NCBI GenBank assembly: GCA_021783915.1
Contig: JAJXTI010000004.1
Coordinates: 1-43,505, forward strand
DNA: 43,505 nt
Source of the DNA: a bacterium
GTDB taxonomy: Bacteria > Omnitrophota > Gorgyraeia > Zapsychrales > Fredricksoniimonadaceae
Direction: 5' to 3'
Part shown: one piece after another, positions 35,016-43,505 of the stretch
Numbering within the stretch: the stretch's first letter is position 1
Layout: each line of letters opens with the position of its first letter
The notes under the pieces: generated by a model
Database searches by the model: none
What the model was told of the DNA's origin: nothing
Seen by the model: the letters and a program-made list of their open reading frames with translations, nothing else
Position numbers and translations under genes: made by a program

Positions 35016-35945
35016 ATGAATAACATTGCTATTCAAGCTGATAAATTAACGCGAAAATTCGGCAAATTTACTGCTGTTGATGACATCTCTTTTTCTTTGC
35101 CTTATGGTTCCATTTTTGGATTTCTAGGGGCCAATGGGGCAGGTAAAAGTACGACCATTCGTATGCTCTGCGGTATTTTAGCTCCCACCAGCGGTACAGG
35201 GAAAGTAGCAGGATTTGATGTCCAGACACAATCGGAACAAATCAAGGCCGCCATTGGTTATGTGTCTCAACGTTTTAGCCTCTACTCAGATTTAACGGTC
35301 ATGGAGAACTTACTTTTTTTTGGCCGAATTTATGGATTGGTTAACAGTGTTTTAAAACAACGTATCCAAGAGGTTCTTTTATTGACAGGCCTGGATAAAT
35401 ACCATGACCGTCTGGCCGGGGAACTTTCCGGCGGATGGAAACAGAAACTTGGCATTGCCAATTCGTTTTTACATAACCCTAAGATTATTTTTTTGGACGA
35501 ACCGACCGCGGGTATTGATCCGATTGCCCGCCGTTCTATTTGGGAACTCCTGTACCAACTGGCGGACCAGGGCGTGTCGCTTTTTGTGACCACACACTAT
35601 ATGGAAGAAGCTGAGCGCTGCAATACGATTGCTTTTATCAGTCAAGGCAAGGTTTTTAAAATGGGCACACCCTCTCAGTTAAAACATGAAATCAGCGATC
35701 AACTTTTGCAAGTTGAATGCAACCCTTTACTGAAAGCATCGCAAGCGTTTTCAAAACTGGAAGGAGTGATGGGTTTAACGGTCTACGGAACCACTTTAAA
35801 TATTAATGTCAGAAATTTAGAACAGGCAAAGGTGTTGATAGAGCAGGCCGCCAAAAGAGAAAATATTAACATCACCTCTATGAGGCCCATTCCGGCCTCA
35901 TTGGAAGACGTGTTTTCTTTGTTGGATATCGAGAAAGAAAGTTAA
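35016..35945 (+). CDS. ABC transporter ATP-binding protein (ABC-2 type)
   Basis: Walker A GANGAGKST, signature LSGGWKQKL, Walker B IIFLDEPTAGIDP. Confidence 0.95.
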   Translation: MNNIAIQADKLTRKFGKFTAVDDISFSLPYGSIFGFLGANGAGKSTTIRMLCGILAPTSGTGKVAGFDVQTQSEQIKAAIGYVSQRFSLYSDLTVMENLLFFGRIYGLVNSVLKQRIQEVLLLTGLDKYHDRLAGELSGGWKQKLGIANSFLHNPKIIFLDEPTAGIDPIARRSIWELLYQLADQGVSLFVTTHYMEEAERCNTIAFISQGKVFKMGTPSQLKHEISDQLLQVECNPLLKASQAFSKLEGVMGLTVYGTTLNINVRNLEQAKVLIEQAAKRENINITSMRPIPASLEDVFSLLDIEKES

Positions 35946-37048
35946 TGCGTAACATCAAAGCTGTCATGTTTAAAGAGTTTATTCACATTCTTCGTGACCG
36001 GAGAACATTGGTGTTGATCATTGTCATGCCCTTGATACAACTAACCATTTACGGTTTTGGCATTAATACCGATGTCAGGCACCTGCGTACCTATGTATAC
36101 GACCAGGATCAAACTTATTTAAGTCGCCAATTGGTTGACGCTTTTGTGCAGTCAGATTATTTTGCTATTGCCAAGAAAGTCCATTCCCTGAGAGAGGTAC
36201 AGGACGGGTTAGACAAAGGCCTTGCCCAGGTAGCTCTCATTATTCCTCCTAACTTTACGGGTGATGTCTTAAAGAAAAAAGGGAGCCAACTGCAAATGGT
36301 CATTGATGGCACGGATTCAACACCTGCTAATGTTGCTTTAAATTCTAGCCAGGCCATCGTTAATTTTTTTTTACAGTCGCAAGGGTTGATGCAAGTGCTG
36401 GTATCTCCGGTGGATTTCAGGCCACGTCTTTGGTATAATCCCGCTTTAAAAAGCTCTTACTTTATGCTCCCCGGTTTAATCGGTCTTATCTTGCAGTTCA
36501 TGGTGCCGATGATCACAGCTAGTGCCATTGTACGGGAAAAAGAGCGGGGTAATATCGAGCAGCTTTTGGTGAGCCCCATTAAACCCTACGAATTAATTTT
36601 AGGTAAAATCATCCCTTATGTTATTATCGGGGTTCTTATTGCTTCCAGCATTGTGATGGTCATGCATTTTATTTTTCGAGTACCTATTCGGGGCAGCCCT
36701 CTGACATTATTTTGGTTAACGTTGTTATATCTGGTTGTGTGTTTAGGGATTGGTTTGTGGGCCTCTGCGATTGCCGACAATCAACAGCAGTCCTCTCAGA
36801 TCGTCATGTTTTTTGCCATGCCCTCTATTTTGTTGTCAGGGTTTATTTTCCCCCGTGAAACAATGCCCACTTGGATTCATTTTGTGGGATATTTTATTCC
36901 CATGACGTATTTTTTGAAAATTGTACGGGGGATCATTCTTAAAGGGATGGGTTTTTTCGATTTGATAGAACAAGTATGGCCCTTATTATTGATGGCCACC
37001 ATTGTCATAATTTTTAGTATTAAACGCTTCGGTAAAAGGATTGAATGA
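35945..37048 (+). CDS. ABC-2 type transporter permease
   Basis: N-terminal KEF.HI.RD.RTL, large periplasmic loop, then about five C-terminal TM segments, as in YbhS/YbhR-like permeases. Confidence 0.88.
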   Translation: MRNIKAVMFKEFIHILRDRRTLVLIIVMPLIQLTIYGFGINTDVRHLRTYVYDQDQTYLSRQLVDAFVQSDYFAIAKKVHSLREVQDGLDKGLAQVALIIPPNFTGDVLKKKGSQLQMVIDGTDSTPANVALNSSQAIVNFFLQSQGLMQVLVSPVDFRPRLWYNPALKSSYFMLPGLIGLILQFMVPMITASAIVREKERGNIEQLLVSPIKPYELILGKIIPYVIIGVLIASSIVMVMHFIFRVPIRGSPLTLFWLTLLYLVVCLGIGLWASAIADNQQQSSQIVMFFAMPSILLSGFIFPRETMPTWIHFVGYFIPMTYFLKIVRGIILKGMGFFDLIEQVWPLLLMATIVIIFSIKRFGKRIE

Positions 37049-37091
37049 ACCCCGCTTGAGGAATTATCAACTGGGGATTAAATAGAAAATC

Positions 37092-37119
37092 TTGTTTACT
37101 GATGTTGTTAGGGTATAAT
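37092..37119 (+). promoter_or_regulatory. Candidate sigma70-type promoter for mscS
   Basis: TTGTTT (37092-37097), 16 nt spacer, TATAAT (37114-37119). Confidence 0.5.
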
Positions 37120-37174
37120 AATCCTATTTTTGGATATACTATGAATCTCAAATTTTGTACACGAGGAGAACAGT

Positions 37175-37990
37175 ATGGGACACGACAGGTTAAGTAAAGT
37201 CATTGATCTTGTTTCTGAGAATGCGGTGCATTACAGTTTTCAGATTATTGGTGCTATCGTTATTTTGTTGGCTGGATGGGTATTATCGCATTTTGTAGTC
37301 GGGATGGCACACCGCGCTTTGCGAAAGAAAAAAGTCGATATTACTATCGAGAAATTTATTCTCCAAGGGGTGCGTTGGGCCATGTTGGCGTTGGCCTTGC
37401 TTTTGGCTTTAAGTAATTTGGGGGTGCAAATTGCGCCTTTGATTGCCGGTTTGTCCGTGGCTGGTGTTGGCGCGGGTTTGGCCTTGCAAGGGCCGTTATC
37501 GAATTACGCTTCTGGGGCCACGCTTATTTTTACCAAACCTTTTAAGGTAGGGGACATTATAGAAGCGGTCGGCGTCCAAGGCGAGGTGAAAGACATTTCT
37601 TTGCCGCGTACAGAGCTTTTAGGTTTGGATGGCAGTATCGTGATTATTCCTAATAAACATATTATAGGAGAAGTCATCAAGAATTATTCCCAGCATCGGC
37701 AACTGGAATTTAAGGTGGGGGTTGGTTACGATTGCGATGTGGATAAGGCACTGTCTATTGTTGAAGGGATCTTAAGAAAGAATAAAAAAGTCCCATCCAG
37801 CCAGCCCATTGTGGTAGGTATCAAAGAATTTGGGGACTCGAGTATTGTTTTACAGGCCTTTGTTTGGGTTTTACCGGTAGATTATGGAGATGTTAAATTT
37901 GCCGTCAATAAAGCCATTTTAGACGATTTCCGTAGTCAAGGAATCACCATTCCCTTCCCGCAGAGGGATGTGTATGTCCACACCAAATAG
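37175..37990 (+). CDS. mscS: Small-conductance mechanosensitive channel (MscS family)
   Basis: Three TM segments, then PFKVGD.IE..G..G.V.DI.L..T.L...DG....IPN. Confidence 0.9.
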   Translation: MGHDRLSKVIDLVSENAVHYSFQIIGAIVILLAGWVLSHFVVGMAHRALRKKKVDITIEKFILQGVRWAMLALALLLALSNLGVQIAPLIAGLSVAGVGAGLALQGPLSNYASGATLIFTKPFKVGDIIEAVGVQGEVKDISLPRTELLGLDGSIVIIPNKHIIGEVIKNYSQHRQLEFKVGVGYDCDVDKALSIVEGILRKNKKVPSSQPIVVGIKEFGDSSIVLQAFVWVLPVDYGDVKFAVNKAILDDFRSQGITIPFPQRDVYVHTK

Positions 37991-38157
37991 AAGGTGATTC
38001 GAATAATCATTCAGTCTAAGGTTTTATGGATTTATGGTTTATGATGGAAGATTATAAATTATCGATGGAAGAAATAGGCAAATTCTATTATGATTCTGGT
38101 CTTGTCAAAATAAGGGATCCTCTTGTTGGGGCAGGGTAAGCTTGGGGAGATTTTTAA

Positions 38158-40680
38158 ATGAGCAATAACCATTACAAAGAACAAACCCTCGATTTCGATT
38201 ATAAAGGGTGCGTCGCGGAGGTCTTGTTTGATAAGTTCCAAACTTCATTAAAGGGACTCTCCGACCAAGAAGCCCAACAGCGTGTTGATGAATACGGTTC
38301 TAATGAGGCCGCCAGAAAACAGAAAAGGACCGCTGTTTTTCAGTTTATATCCAAATTTTTTCACCCTTTAGTTGTCTTGCTTATTGTTATCGCTGCCGTC
38401 ACTTTTTTTACTGGTGATAAGGTCAGCGGTTGTATTATCGGTATGATGGCCATCATGAGTGTTGTTCTTGGCTTTTTCCAGGAATACCGCGCGGGTAAGG
38501 AAGCGGAAAGATTGAGCGAGATGGTACGCGCCACCGCCACGGTTTATCGTAATGGTAAAGCTAAAGAAATCCCCATTAAGCAAATTGTCCCCGGGGATAT
38601 TGTGGATTTATTCGCGGGGGACATGATACCGGCAGATTTACGGATCATTCAGGCCAAGGATTTGTTTATTAACCAGGCCGCATTGACCGGTGAATCTATG
38701 CCTGTGGAAAAGACACCTGTGGCCCATAACATCGCGTTTATGGGTTCAAGTGTCGTCAGCGGCACGGCTCTAGGAGTGGTTATCAGGACGGGTTTGGCCA
38801 CGGAGTTTGGTGCAATCTCCAAGAGGCTGGCCTCCATTGGCCAGCAGACCAGTTTTGATAAAGGCATCAACAAATTTGTCTGGTTAATGATCCGGGCGAT
38901 GGTGCTGTTGGTCATTGTGATTTGTGCCATCAATTATTTCACCAAGGGTAATTTTATGGAGGCATTTTTGTTTTCTCTGGCTGTGGCCATTGGTCTGACA
39001 CCTGAAATGCTTCCCATGCTTGTCACCATCAATTTGTCCAAAGGCGCTATAGCGATGTCCAAAAAAGAAGTCATCGTTAAACGCTTAAATTCTATCCAGA
39101 ATTTTGGCGCGATGGACGTGCTTTGCACTGACAAGACAGGGACGCTGACGGTGGACAAGATTGTTTTGGAGAAATATTGCGATGTGGTCAGAAATGAAGA
39201 CAAGGGGGTTCTGGAACTGGCCTACCTCAACAGTTATTATCAAACGGGGTTAAAGAACATCTTAGACAGGGCAGTTTTAAAATATGAAAAATTGATTGTT
39301 AAGCAATACAGGAAGGTCGATGAAATACCTTTTGATTTTTCCCGAAGACTCATGTCGGTCGTGGTGGATATGGAAGGCAAGCACAAGATTATTACCAAGG
39401 GCGCTCCTGAAGAAATATTAAAAAGGTGCAAAAAATATGAATTAGAGGGTGAAATAGAAGAGTTAGATCAAATTGTCATTACGGATTTAAAAGAAGAATA
39501 TGACTCCTTAAGCGCGGATGGTTTCAGGGTCTTGGCGGTGGCCTATAAGGACATGGTGGCCAACAAGGAAGTTTATTCCAAAGATGATGAGCAGGATCTT
39601 GTTTTAAAAGGCTACATCGCTTTTCTCGACCCCCCAAAATCCACGGCCCGCAAAACCATCGAAGTTTTGAGAAAACTAGGCATTGAGCTTAAGGTCCTCA
39701 CCGGAGACAATGAATTGGTCACCAAGAAGATTTGTTCCGAGGTAGGGCTTGATATTAAAGGGCTCATGACTGGAGAATCCTTAGAGAAAATAACAGATGA
39801 ACAACTCAAAGATTTGGTCAAAACAACGACGGTTTTTGCCAGGCTTTCACCTTTACAGAAAGAGCGTGTGATACGTGCCTTACGTAAAAATAACCATACC
39901 GTGGGGTATTTGGGGGATGGTATTAATGACGCGCCCGCGCTGAAGGCGGCGGACGTAGGGGTTTCTGTCAATAACGCGGTTGATATCGCCAAAGAGTCCG
40001 CGGACATTATTCTCTTGCAAAAGAATTTGATGGTGCTTCGTGACGGTGTTTTGGAAGGCCGAAGGGTCTTTGGTAATATTTCTAAATATATCAAAATGGG
40101 GGCAAGCTCCAATTTCGGCAACATGTTTAGCATGACAGGAGCAAGTTTTCTTTTGCCGTTTTTACCTATGCTGCCGATACAAATCATTTTGAACAACTTG
40201 CTTTATGATATTTCCCAGGTAGCCATACCTTCTGATGAGGTTGATGAGGAGTATCTTTTAAAATCAAGAACATGGAATATGGATTATATAAAGAAATTCA
40301 TGGTTATTTTTGGGCCGTTAAGTTCAGTGTTTGACTATATAACCTTTGGTGTTCTTTTGTTTATATTCCATGCCCAGCAGCCGCTGTTTTGCACGGCCTG
40401 GTTTCTGGAATCTCTGTGCACGCAAACATTGGTCATTCATATTATCCGCACGGGGAAGGTGCCGTTTTTAGAAAGCTGGCCCAGCCCGTTTTTGATATTT
40501 ATGTCCATTTATATTGTATCGATAGCCATGGTTCTTCCATTTCTTCCTCTAGCAAGTTATTTTAAGTTTGTCATGCCGCCTGCTTCATTCTTTTTGGCAT
40601 TGATTATTATTCTTGGATTTTATTTATATCTTGTTCAGATCGTGAAGACCTGGTTTATCAAGAAATATGGTTATGAATAA
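38158..40680 (+). CDS. mgtA: Magnesium-translocating P-type ATPase (MgtA type)
   Basis: TGES, DKTGTLT, TGDN, GDGINDAPALK, and the MgtA-like TM block IQILLNNLLYDISQVAIPSDEVDEEYL. Confidence 0.9.
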   Translation: MSNNHYKEQTLDFDYKGCVAEVLFDKFQTSLKGLSDQEAQQRVDEYGSNEAARKQKRTAVFQFISKFFHPLVVLLIVIAAVTFFTGDKVSGCIIGMMAIMSVVLGFFQEYRAGKEAERLSEMVRATATVYRNGKAKEIPIKQIVPGDIVDLFAGDMIPADLRIIQAKDLFINQAALTGESMPVEKTPVAHNIAFMGSSVVSGTALGVVIRTGLATEFGAISKRLASIGQQTSFDKGINKFVWLMIRAMVLLVIVICAINYFTKGNFMEAFLFSLAVAIGLTPEMLPMLVTINLSKGAIAMSKKEVIVKRLNSIQNFGAMDVLCTDKTGTLTVDKIVLEKYCDVVRNEDKGVLELAYLNSYYQTGLKNILDRAVLKYEKLIVKQYRKVDEIPFDFSRRLMSVVVDMEGKHKIITKGAPEEILKRCKKYELEGEIEELDQIVITDLKEEYDSLSADGFRVLAVAYKDMVANKEVYSKDDEQDLVLKGYIAFLDPPKSTARKTIEVLRKLGIELKVLTGDNELVTKKICSEVGLDIKGLMTGESLEKITDEQLKDLVKTTTVFARLSPLQKERVIRALRKNNHTVGYLGDGINDAPALKAADVGVSVNNAVDIAKESADIILLQKNLMVLRDGVLEGRRVFGNISKYIKMGASSNFGNMFSMTGASFLLPFLPMLPIQIILNNLLYDISQVAIPSDEVDEEYLLKSRTWNMDYIKKFMVIFGPLSSVFDYITFGVLLFIFHAQQPLFCTAWFLESLCTQTLVIHIIRTGKVPFLESWPSPFLIFMSIYIVSIAMVLPFLPLASYFKFVMPPASFFLALIIILGFYLYLVQIVKTWFIKKYGYE

Positions 40681-40696
40681 TAAGAGAGGCCGTTAG

Positions 40697-41569
40697 ATGA
40701 CTTTATTAAAGGTTTTTGTTCTGGCCATGATCCAGGGTGTCGCAGAGTTATTGCCGGTCTCAAGTTCAGCACATGTGATCGTCGCGGAGAAATTAATGGG
40801 ACTGGATCCCACAGCCCCGCAGATGACCCTTCTTTTGGTTATGCTCCATACCGGTACAATGTTCGCGGTCATCTTCTTTTTTTGGGACTCATGGAAAGTA
40901 AGGTTTTTTGCCTCACGGAAAGTTTTTTGGGAATCGGTCAAATTGATTGCCGCGGCCACGGTATTGACGGGTTTTATAGGCCTGTTATTGAAGGCTTTGA
41001 TTGAGAAATTTATGTTAAAAGGGGTCGCGCACGCGGAAATTGAAATGATTTTCGGCAACCTGGATTTAATTGCGGTGTCCCTTGTGGCAGTCGGCATTTT
41101 GATTCTTATCGCAGGGCTCAAAGACAAACGGTTCCTGCAGAAGGATAACCCCTTAGGATTCAAGGCGTCTTGTTTGATTGGCGCTGTACAGGGTGTCTGT
41201 TTGCCGTTTCGAGGATTTTCACGTTCCGGGGCAACCATATCCACGGGACTTCTTTTGGGGATTGAGAAAAAAATGGTCGAGGATTTCAGTTTTGCCCTTG
41301 CCGTTGTCCTGACTCCGCCCATCATTATCCGGGAAGTTTTAAGATTATTAAAGGCGCAACAGGTGTCTTCATCCCATGGAACAAGTATGTTGGGTCTATT
41401 TTTCCCCAGCTTAATAGGGATGGTATTGAGTTTTATTTTTGGGGTTCTTGCCCTTAAATGGCTTTCCAACTGGTTGGAATCCGGTCGCTGGTATCTGTTT
41501 GGCTTGTATTGTTTGTGCGCTTCATTGGGCGTTTTTGTCCTACAATTTGCGGATATTTTCCCTCATTAA
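40697..41569 (+). CDS. uppP: Undecaprenyl-diphosphate phosphatase
   Basis: QGVAELLPVSSSAH and FSRSGATIS signature blocks. Polytopic membrane protein. Confidence 0.92.
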   Translation: MTLLKVFVLAMIQGVAELLPVSSSAHVIVAEKLMGLDPTAPQMTLLLVMLHTGTMFAVIFFFWDSWKVRFFASRKVFWESVKLIAAATVLTGFIGLLLKALIEKFMLKGVAHAEIEMIFGNLDLIAVSLVAVGILILIAGLKDKRFLQKDNPLGFKASCLIGAVQGVCLPFRGFSRSGATISTGLLLGIEKKMVEDFSFALAVVLTPPIIIREVLRLLKAQQVSSSHGTSMLGLFFPSLIGMVLSFIFGVLALKWLSNWLESGRWYLFGLYCLCASLGVFVLQFADIFPH

Positions 41570-41721
41570 CACCCTTACCGCCTTCTCCAGCTTATTTTAA
41601 CACTTTTTTAATACCCTCCAAGCCCATTTTAACTTGTCAAAATCAGCCGTAAAGCTAAACTAGAATGAGAATACGATTTGTGGAACGTAGTGTTCATGTG
41701 TTCATTGAGGAGGCCATTGAT

Positions 41722-41805
41722 ATGATGGACATCATTTTTACGGGTTTGACTCTTGTTTTGGCCATTGTTTCTTTAGGCTTTATTGTTCTGTGCGGCAAAA
41801 TATGA
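41722..41805 (+). CDS. 27-aa hydrophobic mini-protein upstream of kdpF (tentative)
   Basis: MMDIIFTGLTLVLAIVSLGFIVLCGKI*. GAGGAGG (41707-41713) lies 8 nt upstream of the ATG. Single predicted TM helix. Too short for the ORF track. Confidence 0.4.
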   Translation: MMDIIFTGLTLVLAIVSLGFIVLCGKI

Positions 41806-41830
41806 CCCACCACACTCCAAGGAGGTGTTT

Positions 41831-41920
41831 ATGCCAGCTATTTATTGGATCGGGGGAATTATTTCAGCGGCTTTGTTTATTTACCTTTTAATGGCTTTTT
41901 TAAAACCGGAGATGTTCTGA
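41831..41920 (+). CDS. kdpF: K+-transporting ATPase subunit F
   Basis: MPAIYWIGGIISAALFIYLLMAFLKPEMF* has the typical KdpF length and C-terminal L.KPE.F. GGAGG RBS upstream. The stop overlaps the kdpA ATG (TGATG). Confidence 0.8.
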   Translation: MPAIYWIGGIISAALFIYLLMAFLKPEMF

Positions 41921-43505
41921 TGGAGCACCGTGGTCTTGTCCAAATATTTATTTATTTGTTAGTTTTACTTTTTGTGGTCAAACCTTTGGGTACCTACATG
42001 GCCCGTATTTATGAAGGGGTTCCCGCAGGGCTTAATACTTGGTTTGCCGGGGTAGAACAATGGGTATATAGGTTTTGCGGTGTCAAACCCCAACAGGGCA
42101 TGTCATGGAAAGGATATGCTGTGGCCTTGGTGATATTTAATATATTATGTATTTTGGTCGTTTATGCCATCCAGCGTTGCCAGGCCATGTTGCCTTTAAA
42201 CCCCATGGCCATGGCTGCGGTATCGCCGGACTCCTCATTTAATACAGCGATCAGTTTCGCGACCAATACCAATTGGCAAGGCTATGGCGGTGAGGGCACG
42301 ATGAGCTATTTGACTCAAATGCTGGCCTTGACTGTGCAGAATTTTCTATCGGCAGCAACGGGAATGGCTGTGCTGGTCGCTTTGATCAGGGGTTTTATCC
42401 AAAAACAAATGAATACGATCGGTAATTTTTGGGTGGATTTAGTCAGGACCACACTTTATATTCTGCTTCCTTTATCTTTAGTGTTCGCGTTGGTGTTAGT
42501 GTCTCAAGGGGTTCCCCAGACTTTTGATAAAAGTGTTACGGCAATGTTGGTCCAGCCGACCAAAGATTCTAATGGAAAACCGGTCACAGAACAGTCGATT
42601 GCGCGGGGGCCGGTGGCTTCCCAAATAGCTATCAAGCAACTGGGAACCAACGGCGGTGGATATTTTAATGCCAACTCTGCCCATCCGTATGAGAACCCCA
42701 CGCCGCTGTCTAATTTTTTGGAGATGATGGCCATTCTTTTGATTCCTGCGTCCTTATGTTACACCTTTGGTTACATGGTCAGGGACAGGCGCCAGGGCTG
42801 GGCGATTTTAGCGGCCATGCTGGTCATCTTCATTCCCTGCCTATTGATAGTTGGTTCCATCGAGCAAAAAGGGAACCCCTTATTTGATACATTTGGCATT
42901 AACCAAAGCGCAAGCGCCTTTCAGCCCGGTGGCAACATGGAAGGCAAAGAGGCCCGTTTTGGGATTGTCTCTTCCGCCATTTGGACGGTGGCGACAAGCT
43001 CAGCTTCCAATGGTTCGGTCAATTCTATGTTTGATTCTTATATGCCTTTAGGCGGTATGGTTCCTATATGGCTGATACAGTTAGGTGAGGTCATTTTTGG
43101 CGGGGTCGGGTCAGGCCTTTACGGCATGATCGGTTTTGTGATCATTGCTGTTTTTGTGGCTGGACTCATGATCGGCCGCACCCCGGAATATCTAGGCAAG
43201 AAGATCGAGGCCTTTGAAATGAAAATGGCCTCTCTTGTCGCTTTTATCCCGCATTTTTTTATCCTGGTACCAACAGCCATTGCTGTCATGACAGCGGCGG
43301 GGAAGGCGGGCATTGCTAATCCCGGGCCGCATGGCTTTAGTGAAATTCTTTACGCGTTTTCGTCCGCTTCCGGCAATAATGGCAGCGCGTTTGCTGGCTT
43401 AGGCGCCAATACGGTTTTTTATAACACCGTTTTGGGGCTGGCCATGTTTTTTTGCCGGTATTGGCTGATTGTACCGATACTGGCTATCGCTGGTTCTTTG
43501 TCCGC
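41920..43505 (+). CDS. kdpA: K+-transporting ATPase subunit A (3' end outside window)
   Basis: Absent from the supplied ORF track. Hand translation is open from ATG 41920 to the window end. It reads MEHRGLVQIFIYLLVLLFVVKPLGTYMARIYEG...SFNTAISFATNTNWQGYGGE...KQLGTNGGGYFNANSAHPYENPTP...SNGSVNSMFDSYMPLGG...GRTPEYLGKKIE, i.e. KdpA selectivity-filter-like blocks. Confidence 0.93.
   Translation, partial: MEHRGLVQIFIYLLVLLFVVKPLGTYMARIYEGVPAGLNTWFAGVEQWVYRFCGVKPQQGMSWKGYAVALVIFNILCILVVYAIQRCQAMLPLNPMAMAAVSPDSSFNTAISFATNTNWQGYGGEGTMSYLTQMLALTVQNFLSAATGMAVLVALIRGFIQKQMNTIGNFWVDLVRTTLYILLPLSLVFALVLVSQGVPQTFDKSVTAMLVQPTKDSNGKPVTEQSIARGPVASQIAIKQLGTNGGGYFNANSAHPYENPTPLSNFLEMMAILLIPASLCYTFGYMVRDRRQGWAILAAMLVIFIPCLLIVGSIEQKGNPLFDTFGINQSASAFQPGGNMEGKEARFGIVSSAIWTVATSSASNGSVNSMFDSYMPLGGMVPIWLIQLGEVIFGGVGSGLYGMIGFVIIAVFVAGLMIGRTPEYLGKKIEAFEMKMASLVAFIPHFFILVPTAIAVMTAAGKAGIANPGPHGFSEILYAFSSASGNNGSAFAGLGANTVFYNTVLGLAMFFCRYWLIVPILAIAGSLS

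Noticed and set aside
34595-35023. 142-aa alternative-frame ORF inside hlyD
   Set aside because: It is same-strand but out of frame with a recognisable HlyD adaptor, and it has no RBS or motif.
37991-38157. M-box (Mg2+) riboswitch upstream of mgtA, and a c-di-AMP (ydaO-type) riboswitch upstream of kdp (41570-41721)
   Set aside because: Both leaders are short and AT-rich. They lack the conserved G-rich cores I recall for these families.
39612-40196. 194-aa ORF antisense to mgtA, plus several other 60-95-aa antisense ORFs across 38.3-39.5 kb
   Set aside because: These are embedded in the P-type ATPase gene, which contains DKTGTLT and GDGINDAPAL in frame. They are shadow ORFs.
40693-41469. 258-aa ORF antisense to uppP
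   Set aside because: uppP on the plus strand carries both family signature blocks. The antisense product has no motif and no RBS, so it is a shadow ORF.
1-43505. CRISPR arrays, rRNA genes, integrases, prophage genes or known defence systems
   Set aside because: I noticed no regularly spaced direct repeats, rRNA-like sequence, or recombinase, phage or defence-type ORFs while reading the window and the ORF track.

Overview
Mostly core bacterial chromosome from a moderately AT-rich, Gram-negative-type organism that I cannot identify, with tightly packed and often 1-4 nt overlapping genes. Plus-strand core genes run fabV (partial), cspA, smc, cvpA, dnaG, rpoD, aroD, two tRNAs, a COG1579 zinc-ribbon gene, rnhA, rnpB (RNase P RNA, not in the ORF track), yebC, ruvC, ruvA and scpB. 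These are followed by an aromatic amino-acid operon (pheA, hisC, DAHP synthase, tyrA), then cmk, lepA, lepB, pgsA and plsY. Further on come a marR-tolC-hlyD-ABC-ABC2 efflux operon, mscS, mgtA, uppP and kdpF-kdpA; kdpA runs off the window and is also missing from the ORF track. No CRISPR array, rRNA, intact mobile element or recognisable defence system is present, and no finding here amounts to a demonstrated new system. Four accessory or unusual stretches stand out. (1) 9.6-13.2 kb holds a GGDEF cyclase translationally coupled to a small lipoprotein and a CPCC zinc-ribbon protein, then a secreted transglutaminase-like protein, a decayed CPBP-protease remnant and a structured ORF-free gap with c-di-GMP-I-riboswitch-like blocks. 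(2) 13.96-15.66 kb is a tRNA-tRNA-CDS-CDS-rnpB array in which the rnhA 3' end overlaps rnpB. (3) 27.6-27.9 kb is a purine-rich, ORF-free convergent gap. (4) 27.9-32.3 kb is a self-contained minus-strand operon of a PilB/GspE-like ATPase (with one in-frame TAA), a PEGA membrane protein and a processive GT2 synthase. A decayed IS200-family tnpA sits after cspA. All calls come from reading the sequence and recalling family motifs; no searches were run.
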